64,000 nt of DNA from an uncultured Desulfobacteraceae bacterium. GTDB taxonomy: Bacteria > Desulfobacterota > Desulfobacteria > Desulfobacterales > CAZHA01. The stretch is from positions 331 through 64,330 of the forward strand of contig CAZHAH010000009.1 in assembly GCA_964530095.1 (NCBI GenBank). Direction: 5' to 3'. The notes beneath the pieces were generated by a model. The model made no database searches and was not told where the DNA came from. It was given only the letters and a program-made list of their open reading frames with translations. Every line of letters begins with the position of its first letter. Position 1 is the stretch's first letter. Positions 8,984 to 18,187 of the stretch are shown piece after piece. The position numbers and the translations under genes were made by a program.

Positions 8984-9931
8984 TTATTGACGGGCAATAT
9001 TTTCTGCGATTTCACCCAACTGTTTTTGAGCGTCTTTAAAGGCGGCGTGGGCTTTTTCTAATGTAATCTTTTCGAAATGAATCGTATCGCCGGGGGTCGC
9101 CTGAGCGACCTTGGGGAGGTCGCTGGAGATAACCGTGGCAATTTTATTATACCCGCCTACGGTCTGTTCGACCAGCAGGATAATCGGTTGCTGGTCGGCC
9201 GGGATCTGAATCCCGCCCGGCATGGTTGGTTCGGAAATGATGCTTTTGGGCATATCTTCACGAACGGAGATTGACGGTCCCTGGAGGCGGTATCCCATGC
9301 GATCGGCTTTGGCGGTGACCATAAAGGCGGACTCAAATAAAACGTCCAAGCCTTTCCGGAAAAAATTGTCTTGCGGCCCCGGTATGGCACAAAGCGTGAT
9401 TTCAGTAGGATAATGCGGGGTGTATTTCTGCGGGAGCTGTTTTGGGGATTTCAGCAGTCGGGCAGGATTGGATTCAATCAAATCTCCGGCTTGCAGGGGG
9501 CGGCCCTTAAAGCCTCCGATTTTGCCACCGACATAGGTGCAGCGACTCCCCATCACCACCGGGACATCGATACCACCGGATACAGCAAGATAAGCCCGGC
9601 ACCCTGTTTTAATTTGATGGATTTCGAGTATATCGTCTTGTTTAACGCGCAAAGATTGCCAGCCGGTCACAGGGGCTTCATTGAGGGTCATGGACATTTC
9701 GGCCCCGGTCACGGCAATATCGGCTTTGGCTAAAAATTTTAGACGTGGGCCCATAACGGTAATTTCCAGCATAGCGCAATTGTCTGGATTCCCGACCATA
9801 AGATTGGCCAGGCGAAAAGCGTATGAGTCCAGAGCACCGCAGATGGGTAGGCCCATTTTTTGAAAACCATAGCGGCCCAGATCCTGCACCGTGGTAAACG
9901 CGCCGGGCGTGATGACTTCAAAAAGTGTCAT
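8984..9931 (-). CDS. pxpC: KipA/AHS2-type carboxyltransferase subunit (5-oxoprolinase PxpC-like)
   Basis: 315 aa. The N-terminus (FTTVQDLGRYGFQKMGLPICGALDSYAFRLANLMVGN) is typical of the family. There is a 4-nt overlap with pxpB. Confidence 0.8.
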   Translation of the reverse strand: MTLFEVITPGAFTTVQDLGRYGFQKMGLPICGALDSYAFRLANLMVGNPDNCAMLEITVMGPRLKFLAKADIAVTGAEMSMTLNEAPVTGWQSLRVKQDDILEIHQIKTGCRAYLAVSGGIDVPVVMGSRCTYVGGKIGGFKGRPLQAGDLIESNPARLLKSPKQLPQKYTPHYPTEITLCAIPGPQDNFFRKGLDVLFESAFMVTAKADRMGYRLQGPSISVREDMPKSIISEPTMPGGIQIPADQQPIILLVEQTVGGYNKIATVISSDLPKVAQATPGDTIHFEKITLEKAHAAFKDAQKQLGEIAENIARQ

Positions 9932-10635
9932 TCGCCCCCCCTTTTGTCCAGTTCCATATATTCTTGCGCTGAAATGGGTTTGAATTTGAGATAATCCCCG
10001 GCTTTATAAAGAAGCGGATTGGATTTTTCCGGTGCAAACAGGCGCAGGGGGGTACGGCCGATCAGTCTCCAGCCGCCGGGGCTCGCCACGGGGTAGATTC
10101 CGGTCTGGTTGTTGGCAACCCCCACCGAACCCGCGGGTACAAGAATACGGGGCGTTTTGAGCCGAGGGGTGTGTAATTTTTCGGGGAGTCCCCCCAAAAA
10201 GGGAAAACCGGGCGAAAATCCGAGCGTGTAAATAAGATATTTCTGCCGGGCATGCAGCTCGATAACTTCTTCGGTTGTCAAATGGTGATTTTGGGCCACA
10301 AAATCGATATCCGGACCGTATTCCCCGCCATAGCAAACCGGTATTTCAACTGTATGCGGCGATGGTATCGTAATTTGGGATAGCTTGTCTTCCATCGCCG
10401 CTAGTGAAGTTTGAATTTCGGGCGGGGTTGTTCGGACAGGATCATAAATGATGAGAAGCGAGTGATAAGTAGGCGCAATTTCCATCACACCTTGAATCGG
10501 ATCAATTTCCAGCAAGGCCGCCATGGAGCGGACTTTATTGTTTACCACCGGATCGATGACATCTCCATACTCGACCAAAAGGCCGCGATCTCCGGCAATG
10601 CGAAGTTGGGCTTGGGGGAAAAGTCCAATCGTCAT
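9928..10635 (-). CDS. pxpB: KipI/AHS1-type subunit (5-oxoprolinase PxpB-like)
   Basis: 235 aa with LRIAGDRGLLVEYGDVIDPVVNNKV...GFSPGFPFLGGLPEKL. Confidence 0.8.
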   Translation of the reverse strand: MTIGLFPQAQLRIAGDRGLLVEYGDVIDPVVNNKVRSMAALLEIDPIQGVMEIAPTYHSLLIIYDPVRTTPPEIQTSLAAMEDKLSQITIPSPHTVEIPVCYGGEYGPDIDFVAQNHHLTTEEVIELHARQKYLIYTLGFSPGFPFLGGLPEKLHTPRLKTPRILVPAGSVGVANNQTGIYPVASPGGWRLIGRTPLRLFAPEKSNPLLYKAGDYLKFKPISAQEYMELDKRGGE

Positions 10636-10651
10636 GAGCCCGCATCTCCTT

Positions 10652-11425
10652 TCAGGAGGCCGTCATCGGCGCCAGTGAAACACCATGGGCTTCCAAAGTT
10701 TGGCGAATGGTTTTTACCAAATCCACGGCCGTCGGCGTATCACCATGAACGCACAAGGTTTCGGCTTCTAAAGGAATGACGGTGCCGTCGACGGCAATCA
10801 CGGTGCCTTCGGTGGCCATCCGCAGGGCACGCTCCGAAACCGCCTGGGGGTCCTTGATGACTGCGCCGGAAAGTTTGCGTGAAACCAGATTTCCCTCAGG
10901 CGTATAGGCGCGATCGGCAAAGGCCTCATAGACAACCTTCAAACCCAACTCTTGGCCGATACGCTGCATCAGCTTGCCCTTGGCGCCGGCCAGGGCCACA
11001 TACATCAGGTCGGCATCGACACTGACGATGGCTTCCGCCACGGCACGGGCCACATCTTCGTTTTCAACTGCCGTCAAATACAGAGCGCCATGCGGTTTTA
11101 CATGTCGCAAACGGGTGTTGTTGGCCTTGCAAACAGCCTTCAAGGCACCGATCTGATAGATAAGGTAACTGCGGATTTCATCCATCGTACAGTCCATGTT
11201 GCGGCGACCGAATCCCAAAAGGTCGGGGTAGCCGGGATGGGCGCCTGCGCCTACGCCGTGGTTGACCGCCAACTTGACTGTGGTATCCATCACCATCGGA
11301 TCTCCGGCATGCCACCCGCAGGCGATGTTGGCCGAGGTGATATGCTGAATAACGGCTTCATCCATACCGATTCGGTAGGCCCCGAAGCTTTCACCCATGT
11401 CAGAGTTCAAATCGATCGTTTTCAA
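10652..11425 (-). CDS. pxpA: LamB/YcsF family protein (5-oxoprolinase PxpA-like)
   Basis: 257 aa with IDLNSDMGESFGAYRIGMDEAVIQHITSANIACGWHAGDP. Confidence 0.85.
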   Translation of the reverse strand: MKTIDLNSDMGESFGAYRIGMDEAVIQHITSANIACGWHAGDPMVMDTTVKLAVNHGVGAGAHPGYPDLLGFGRRNMDCTMDEIRSYLIYQIGALKAVCKANNTRLRHVKPHGALYLTAVENEDVARAVAEAIVSVDADLMYVALAGAKGKLMQRIGQELGLKVVYEAFADRAYTPEGNLVSRKLSGAVIKDPQAVSERALRMATEGTVIAVDGTVIPLEAETLCVHGDTPTAVDLVKTIRQTLEAHGVSLAPMTAS

Positions 11426-11487
11426 AAAAGACCTCCTTTCGGGATCTGGTTCTTCTTCCTTTTACCTCCTATAGATGATGCCGTTCA

Positions 11488-12786
11488 CTATTTAGCAATC
11501 ATTATTTGGGGGAGGTACAGGGCAATTTGCGGAAACAGAGTCAATATGGCCGTGGTCAAAAGCATCAGAAAAAAGAAAGGTAAAGCATATTTGGCGATCT
11601 GCAGAATCGGCTCCCCGGTCAATCCCTGGATAACAAACAAGTTGAATCCAACCGGTGGGGTAATTTGGCTGACTTCGACCATGAGTATCAGATAAATGCC
11701 GAACCAGATCGGATCAAATCCGGCCAAAGTGACCATTGGCAAGGCGATAGGCAGGGTCATCACCACGATGGAGAAACCATCCAGAAGGCAGCCCAGTATG
11801 ATATAGAAGACACCCAGAAGCAACATCAGCATGTAAGGCGAAAGATCCAACTGCGTGATCGCCTGGGTGATGGCCGCAGGAATTCCCAAAAACCCCATGA
11901 CGCGCGAGAGGAAGCCGGCCCCCACGACGATCATCATGATCATGGCGTTGGTTTTAACTGCGCCGATCAGACATTCAAACAGTATTTTTAAGTTCATCTG
12001 CCGGTTGATAAACGCAAAGGCGGTCGCCCCAAATACACCCAGCGCGGCGGCTTCCGTCGGGGTGGCGATTCCGGCGTAAATGCTCCCCAGGACCATGAGA
12101 ATCAGAATCAACGTCGGGAGCAGGTCTTTGAGTGCCAGCACGCGTTCGCCCCAGCTGTAACTGTCCTGGGTTTTGGGGGCGATCTCCGGGTTACGGATCC
12201 CGCGATAGATGATGTAGCTTGAGTAGATCCCGGAAAGGAGCAGTCCCGGCAGGATCCCGGCCATGAACATCTTGCCGATCGAGACCTCGGCCAGGATCGC
12301 ATAGACAATCATGATTAAGGAAGGCGGAATAAGAAATCCCAAAGTGCCCGCCCCGGCCAGTGATCCCATGGCCAGACGCCGGTCGTAACCCAACTTGTCA
12401 AATTCGGCCAGCGTGATTCGGCCGACCGTGGCCGTGGTGGCGGCACTGGAGCCGGAAACAGCGGCAAACAGGGTGCAGGAAATGATATTCATCAGTAGAA
12501 GACCGCCGGGAAGACGGTGAAGCCAGGGAACCAGCGATTTGAACAGCTTTTCAGAGATTCCGGACCGATAGAGAATTTCGCCCATGAGGATAAAGAGCGG
12601 CAGGGCAACGTATTCCCATTTTTCAACCGTGGACCACAGCGAAGAGGCCATGTTGTTTCCGGCCGGGAGCGTGCCGAAAAAAATCATGCCGATAAAGCCG
12701 ACGATATAAAGCGAGAAGCCAACCCAGATTCCGGCACTCAAGGCGAGAAACAGTACTCCGAAAACGACCACAGCCATGGTTGCCAT
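11488..12786 (-). CDS. dctM: TRAP transporter large permease
   Basis: Polytopic membrane protein of the DctM type. The start is moved to ATG 12786 (MATMAVVVFGVLFL). The 41 upstream codons of the track ORF are basic, not membrane-like, and overlap dctQ. Confidence 0.85.
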   Translation of the reverse strand: MATMAVVVFGVLFLALSAGIWVGFSLYIVGFIGMIFFGTLPAGNNMASSLWSTVEKWEYVALPLFILMGEILYRSGISEKLFKSLVPWLHRLPGGLLLMNIISCTLFAAVSGSSAATTATVGRITLAEFDKLGYDRRLAMGSLAGAGTLGFLIPPSLIMIVYAILAEVSIGKMFMAGILPGLLLSGIYSSYIIYRGIRNPEIAPKTQDSYSWGERVLALKDLLPTLILILMVLGSIYAGIATPTEAAALGVFGATAFAFINRQMNLKILFECLIGAVKTNAMIMMIVVGAGFLSRVMGFLGIPAAITQAITQLDLSPYMLMLLLGVFYIILGCLLDGFSIVVMTLPIALPMVTLAGFDPIWFGIYLILMVEVSQITPPVGFNLFVIQGLTGEPILQIAKYALPFFFLMLLTTAILTLFPQIALYLPQIMIAK

Positions 12787-12797
12787 GCTTGCATCCA

Positions 12798-13301
12798 CTA
12801 GACGACTTCCTCTCCGCTTTTTATGGCCTGATAGGTTTTGATCGTGGTTGCCACAAACTGGATTGTAAAACAGGCCGCGCCGATCAGCATCACGGTTTGG
12901 GGGATCCATAAAGGCGTATTGGTCAGGGTGCCCGAAGTGGAGTTGTAGCGCACGGCAGCTGCGACCATTTTATAAAGGTACCACCAGAGATATCCCATAA
13001 AAACAGTGGTGATGCCGGTGGCTATAAAGGTGATGATGCGGGAGAGTTTTTCGGGCAGGAATCCCAGCACCAGGGTGATTCGGATATGCCCCTTTTCTTT
13101 AAGACAATATCCGGCACCCAAAAAAATGATCGCCGCCAACCCGTAAGCGCTATACTCATCCGTGATAAGGGTGGTTTTATCGAGAACATTCCAAAGAAAG
13201 ATTTCGACCAGGATCAGAAGGGTCAATAGCCCCAACATGACGGCTGAAACAGCGGCCATCCAATCGCTTAACCGGTCGATCCATCTGGTAAATATGTTCA
13301 T
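12798..13301 (-). CDS. dctQ: TRAP transporter small permease
   Basis: About 167 aa with four hydrophobic helices. ATG 13301 (MNIFTRWIDRLSDW) is chosen, and TTG 13316 is also possible. Confidence 0.75.
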   Translation of the reverse strand: MNIFTRWIDRLSDWMAAVSAVMLGLLTLLILVEIFLWNVLDKTTLITDEYSAYGLAAIIFLGAGYCLKEKGHIRITLVLGFLPEKLSRIITFIATGITTVFMGYLWWYLYKMVAAAVRYNSTSGTLTNTPLWIPQTVMLIGAACFTIQFVATTIKTYQAIKSGEEVV

Positions 13302-13450
13302 TGACCACAACCCCAAAATGAGGTGAAGCTCCCCACCCTAAGGGCGGGGTTAAGGAAAGCAAACCGGTCAAAGAGCGAGATCACAGTTGATGCAGCCATT
13401 CTCGCCCTTTGACTCTCAAGCGTTAGGGAAACGATAAAAAATGCTTACGG

Positions 13451-14440
13451 TTAGCGCCCCGTGATGCGAGCATATTCATCCAGGAGCTTCTGGGCATCGG
13501 CGCCGGCCTTGCCCGCCCATTTGCCACGAAGCTTTTGGCCGATTGCATTCAACTCAGCCCGGAAGTCTTTGTTTACCGTGCTGACGGTCATGCCTTTATT
13601 CTTCAATGTGGCGCGGCTTTTGCTGTCCATGTCGCCGGCCAGATTCCACATTTCATCTTCGAGTTCGGCAGCGATCTCCAGAACCTTGGATCTGATATCG
13701 GCGGGGAGCTTGTTCCAGGCATCGAGGTTCACATTGATCATATTGACCGGACCGACAATATTGATGGGGGTGAAATATTTGAGCACTTCCCAGGCTTTGG
13801 CATCCACGCCGGAAACGGAAGATGTATACATAGAGTCCAGGAGCCCGGCTTTCATGGCGGGGTATACTTCGCTGAAAGCCATTTTGCGCGCTGCAATACC
13901 GGTTTCCTTTCCGAAGTTAAGCCCCAGGCCGTCATAAACCCGCATTTTTAGTCCCTTTAAATCCGCGGCGGAGTTGATGGGTCGCTGGGTGTAGATTCCC
14001 GAAAAGGGCCATACCCCGGTGTAAAGGGTCATCTGGTTGAATTTTTTCAACACCTTGGCATAAGTCGATTTGGCAAGCCAATAGAGAAGCCGCTGTTCAA
14101 AAGCGTTGGTCGAGATAAAGGGTTGGGCCGTCAGTGCCATGATCGGGGCGTCTCCCTCAACCATACCGGTTGGAACTTCGGCGATGGCAAGCTGTCCTTC
14201 AGCTACGGCGCGCAACAATTCCGGTCCTTTAAATCCCAGAGCGGAGCCGGGATGCAGAACAATTTTGAGCTCTCCATTGGTTGCTGCCTCGACCCGGTCA
14301 GCAAAGCGCTGGGCGCCCTTTGAATGAAAATTGCCGGCGGGATAATTCAGGTGCATGTCCCATTTGGTTTTGGCCCAGGCACTGGATAACGATATCACGG
14401 TAAATATTAAACAGATGGTGATGATAAGCGCCTTTTTCAT
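13451..14440 (-). CDS. dctP: TRAP transporter substrate-binding protein
   Basis: 329 aa. It has a signal peptide (MKKALIITICLIFTVISLSSAWA) and a DctP-family body. Confidence 0.85.
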   Translation of the reverse strand: MKKALIITICLIFTVISLSSAWAKTKWDMHLNYPAGNFHSKGAQRFADRVEAATNGELKIVLHPGSALGFKGPELLRAVAEGQLAIAEVPTGMVEGDAPIMALTAQPFISTNAFEQRLLYWLAKSTYAKVLKKFNQMTLYTGVWPFSGIYTQRPINSAADLKGLKMRVYDGLGLNFGKETGIAARKMAFSEVYPAMKAGLLDSMYTSSVSGVDAKAWEVLKYFTPINIVGPVNMINVNLDAWNKLPADIRSKVLEIAAELEDEMWNLAGDMDSKSRATLKNKGMTVSTVNKDFRAELNAIGQKLRGKWAGKAGADAQKLLDEYARITGR

Positions 14441-14785
14441 TTTTTTAGCCTCCTTTTGCTGTGAATGATTAATGACACAAAGTGTCAGCTTCCATAGCCC
14501 ATAAAATATTCATGGATGGGCAATATATAGAAACTCACAAATTCCCGAACAATTACGAGAACAACCTGCTTCCACTTATATTAGAAAAAGCGTAAACGTC
14601 AAGATATCTTACAGAAAAACAGAGTCCATTGCCAAATCTGTCCGTATTTTATAGGAATAACGCCCAGTTCTCTAAGGTGTTGGCGGAAAATGAGCTTGAC
14701 AGAGGTAAGCCATCTGTTTAGGTATTGCTTGGCTCCAAACGAGCTGATCAAATGTATGACCCGATAAAGCGAAAGGAGCAAACAG

Positions 14786-15037
14786 ATGTCATCCGAGATA
14801 TACAAGGTCACATCTCCTTTGATGGGAACTTTCTACAGGGCTTCGGCGCCGGGCGCAAAGCCGTTGGTGGAAGTCGGGCAGCGGGTGAATCCTTCCGATG
14901 TGGTGGGCATCATTGAATCCATGAAAATATTTACCGAACTAAGGACGGAAAAAGGGGGAATCGTAAAAAAGATCCTCCTGGAAGATGAAGATCCGGTTAT
15001 GAAGAATCAAGAATTGATGGAAATCGAAATCGATTAG
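14786..15037 (+). CDS. accB: Small biotin carboxyl carrier protein (single biotinyl domain)
   Basis: 83 aa. The ESMKI motif sits at the position of the canonical EAMKM biotinylation site. An AAGGAG SD precedes the start. Confidence 0.75.
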   Translation: MSSEIYKVTSPLMGTFYRASAPGAKPLVEVGQRVNPSDVVGIIESMKIFTELRTEKGGIVKKILLEDEDPVMKNQELMEIEID

Positions 15038-15083
15038 AAGCCATTCCAAAGCCGGCAGACAAAAACTTCAAGGACCAAAACAG

Positions 15084-16436
15084 ATGCAAATAAAAAAAAT
15101 ATTAATCGCCAATCGGGGAGAAATCGCCATACGGATCATACGCACCTGCCAAAAGATGGGCATCAGGACGGTGGCGGTTTTTTCGGATGCCGACGAAAAC
15201 TCCCTGCATGTCAAAGATGCAGATGAAGCGATCAATATCGGCCCGCCCATCAGCCGCAAGAGCTACCTGAATATCGAAAATATCATGCGCGCTACCACGC
15301 AGACCGAGGTCGATGCGGTTCATCCGGGATATGGTTTTCTATCTGAAAACGAAACCTTTGCCAAGGCCTGCGCCGATCGACAGATCACATTTATCGGTCC
15401 CCGGGCGGAATGTATTGCCAAGGCCGGCAACAAGTCGGCGGCCCGAAAGACGTTGAGCCGGATGGGCATTCCCATAATCCCCGGAAGCGAAGGCGTTATC
15501 GGATCGCCCGAGGAGGCTTTGACAGTGGCCGAAACGGTGGGGTATCCGGTAATCCTGAAAGCCTCCGGCGGCGGCGGCGGCCGGGGCATGCGTATCGCGC
15601 ATAACCGCACGGAACTGTCAGAAGAGTTGAATATCGCTTCCGGGGAGGCCTCGGCCGCCTTTGGAAACCCGGATATCTATCTTGAAAAATATATTCAAAA
15701 GCCGCGTCACATCGAGATCCAGATCTTGGGGGATCATGATGGAAATTATATCCACCTCAATGAACGCGAATGCAGCATCCAGATGCGCTATCAGAAATTG
15801 ATCGAAGAATCGCCATCTCCCTTTGTGGATGAGGCCCTGCGCAGAAAGCTGGGTGAGACAGCGATTACAGTGGCCCGTTCCATCGATTACACCAACGCTG
15901 GTACCATGGAGTTTCTGGTGGACAAGGACAAAAACTTTTACTTCATGGAGGTCAATGCCCGCATTCAGGTAGAGCATCCCGTCACCGAACTGGTCAGCGG
16001 CATGGATATCGTTGAGCAGCAAATTCGTATTGCCTGCGGAGAAAGACTGACGTTGAAACAGGCCGATGTCAACCTGAACGGATGGTCGATGGAATGCCGG
16101 ATCAACGCCGCCGATCCGGCCGACAACTTCATGCCTTCACCTGGTGAAATTACCGACCTTACCCTACCCGATGGACCGGGAGTAAGGGTCGATACGCACA
16201 TTTTCACGCATTATGAGGTATCACCTTTTTATGATTCCCTGATTGGTAAATTAATCGTGTGGGGGGAGGACAGGCAAGCAGCGATAAAGAGAATGCAAAA
16301 AGCCCTCTCCGAATTTCAAATAAGCGGGATCAAGGTAACGATTCCGTTCCATCAGCAGGTCTTCCAACACCCGGATTTTATCCGTGGTGATTTCGACACC
16401 CATTTTATCAGCCGGCTCACCGGTAAAAAAAGCTAA
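15084..16436 (+). CDS. accC: Biotin carboxylase (ATP-grasp)
   Basis: 450 aa with KILIANRGEIAIRIIRTC, a GGGGRGMR loop and FMEVNARIQVEHPVTE. Confidence 0.9.
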   Translation: MQIKKILIANRGEIAIRIIRTCQKMGIRTVAVFSDADENSLHVKDADEAINIGPPISRKSYLNIENIMRATTQTEVDAVHPGYGFLSENETFAKACADRQITFIGPRAECIAKAGNKSAARKTLSRMGIPIIPGSEGVIGSPEEALTVAETVGYPVILKASGGGGGRGMRIAHNRTELSEELNIASGEASAAFGNPDIYLEKYIQKPRHIEIQILGDHDGNYIHLNERECSIQMRYQKLIEESPSPFVDEALRRKLGETAITVARSIDYTNAGTMEFLVDKDKNFYFMEVNARIQVEHPVTELVSGMDIVEQQIRIACGERLTLKQADVNLNGWSMECRINAADPADNFMPSPGEITDLTLPDGPGVRVDTHIFTHYEVSPFYDSLIGKLIVWGEDRQAAIKRMQKALSEFQISGIKVTIPFHQQVFQHPDFIRGDFDTHFISRLTGKKS

Positions 16437-17206
16437 GCCTGCAAAAAAGCGATCGCCTCAACCATTCTTGCGACCAGATATTCGTGATATTTGCGGCCTC
16501 CATCGGGTGAGGCCTTGCTCGGCTCTCCGGAGGTTCCGCCTGCAGCAGCAGCCAGTTTTTCCATCTCAGCAGGGCTGCTGGGGACATAGCACAACGTGTC
16601 GCCGGGGTATTTGGGATCGACATGATAAAGGGGATGGTTCTGATGGGGATTGTCTTTGGCCCGGTCCATTTTTACCAGATCGGGATAGCAGTGCCACATA
16701 TGCGAACCTTCGATCTCTTCGGCATGTCCGACTTCGCCCCAACCCAAATCGGTCGTGAACGCTTTGGACATATAGGCCGGATCAAAAATTACCGCTTTAA
16801 CCCCCAGTTCTCTTTTGGCCCTTTCGCCTGCGATCTGCAGCCATGTCACGTTCACAATCCGGTGGCCGTTGAGTAAAACAAATTTATTAAAGCCGTGGTG
16901 ATGCAGCGATTTTAAAACATCAAAAACGAGTTCCATCAATATTTCCGGCCGAATGGTGATGGTACCGGGAAGCACCATGTGATGCGGACTCCAACCGAAC
17001 CAAAGGGGCGGGGCTACCAGCACATTGGCTTCGCGAGCCGCCGCTTCGGCCAGGGCGATGGCTACCATTGTGTCGGTGCCGACAGGCAAATGGGGGCCAT
17101 GCTGCTCAGTGCTTCCCACCGGCAAAATAATGGTGCCGCCGCATGTCTCGACTTTATCCTGCACCTCTGCCCAGGTTAAGTTCTGTAGCCAAACATGTTC
17201 TGACAT
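16433..17206 (-). CDS. Creatininase-family amidohydrolase
   Basis: 257 aa with the GSTEQHGPHLPVGTD motif. A GGGGAGG SD precedes the start. The 3' end has a convergent 4-nt overlap with accC. Confidence 0.75.
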   Translation of the reverse strand: MSEHVWLQNLTWAEVQDKVETCGGTIILPVGSTEQHGPHLPVGTDTMVAIALAEAAAREANVLVAPPLWFGWSPHHMVLPGTITIRPEILMELVFDVLKSLHHHGFNKFVLLNGHRIVNVTWLQIAGERAKRELGVKAVIFDPAYMSKAFTTDLGWGEVGHAEEIEGSHMWHCYPDLVKMDRAKDNPHQNHPLYHVDPKYPGDTLCYVPSSPAEMEKLAAAAGGTSGEPSKASPDGGRKYHEYLVARMVEAIAFLQA

Positions 17207-17324
17207 TGGATATACCTCCCCATAACGGTCTTATTTAGTGTCTTATATCTGATTTTTTGCGTTTCTATTTCAAAAGACAATAACGCATAGCATGAAATCC
17301 CAATAATCAAAAACCAAATAGCAA

Positions 17325-17429
17325 ACAAATCACAATGTCCAAAATTCCAAATTCCAAACAATGTCGCAATTGAGTGGTTTTGGCCATTGAGTATTGGAAT
17401 TTACATGGAATTTGGTGCTTGTAATTTGT
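17325..17429. repeat. Long imperfect inverted repeat rich in AATTCCAA words (terminator-like)
   Basis: The left arm is ACAAATCACAATGTCCAAAATTCCAAATTCCAA (17325-17357). The reverse complement of the right arm is ACAAATTACAAGCACCAAATTCCATGTAAATTCCAA (17394-17429). A T-rich tract follows on the minus strand, downstream of the ybaK-like stop. Confidence 0.5.
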
Positions 17430-17454
17430 TATTTCCGGTTTGTCCGGGTTAGGG

Positions 17455-17946
17455 TTAGGTTGCCGACGGGACCGTAATAAGGCGGTAAGCATGGCCTTCT
17501 TTTTCAAGAGATGGGTTCGGTGCATCTTTCTTAAGGGTGAGGGTGATCGTGTTGAGCAGCGGGTGATACTGAAACGCATCGGCTTTCCAGGTCTCTTTAT
17601 CAACGAATACTTCGACCGCCCCCTCGGAGTCGTTAATAATCGCAAGCAGCGAAACCGCTCCGGGATCGATCCCCAGATATTTCTTGAGGCGATCCGGAGA
17701 GCCAAAGCTTAATTTGGTTGATTCAAGGGCCTCTGCCATCCGCTTCAAATCGACACGTTTTTCAGCCGGTACGGATACCAAAAAATGCCGTTGCCCTTTC
17801 TTATCTCTTAAAAAGAGGTTTTTGGTCTTTACTCCGGGCAAATCGGATGCTAATCGCTTGACGTCATTTACCGTATAAACGGGAGGATGGTCAAAGCGTT
17901 CGAATTCGATCTCGTTATCATTCAGAAACTGATAAATGTCGGTCAT
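17455..17946 (-). CDS. YbaK/ProX-type aminoacyl-tRNA deacylase domain protein
   Basis: 163 aa with KNLFLRDKKGQRHFLVSVPAEKRVDLKRM...GIDPGAVSLLA. Confidence 0.7.
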   Translation of the reverse strand: MTDIYQFLNDNEIEFERFDHPPVYTVNDVKRLASDLPGVKTKNLFLRDKKGQRHFLVSVPAEKRVDLKRMAEALESTKLSFGSPDRLKKYLGIDPGAVSLLAIINDSEGAVEVFVDKETWKADAFQYHPLLNTITLTLKKDAPNPSLEKEGHAYRLITVPSAT

Positions 17947-18187
17947 GGCATAAATCCTTTCCGTAATTTTCTTAGCAAAGCCAACAATGATGAACTCGTA
18001 AGTCGCGAATTCAAATAAAGATGGCTAAGTAAAAAGGTTCATATATAAGGCGTAATGTTTTTTCAGGAACGAGGCCATACATGTAGTATGTCGAGTGTAT
18101 GGAAAAATATTACAACGCAGTAGATGGGACTTTTTACGACGCCATCAACAATCGACTTGCTGAAACCGGTGGGTATCTATAGGATTA

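Noticed and set aside
10952-11695. 247-aa plus-strand ORF spanning the pxpA/dctM junction
   Set aside because: It is antisense to two well-supported genes in a GC-rich stretch. It has no motif, and long spurious ORFs are expected in such regions.
11488-12909. Long N-terminal extensions in track ORFs: dctM to 12909, livH to 43633, ald from 19425, aminotransferase to 63548, ATPase to 5366, livF from 51118
   Set aside because: The extensions overlap upstream genes or operator DNA and are not family-like. Internal ATG codons with good SD sequences give family-typical N-termini.
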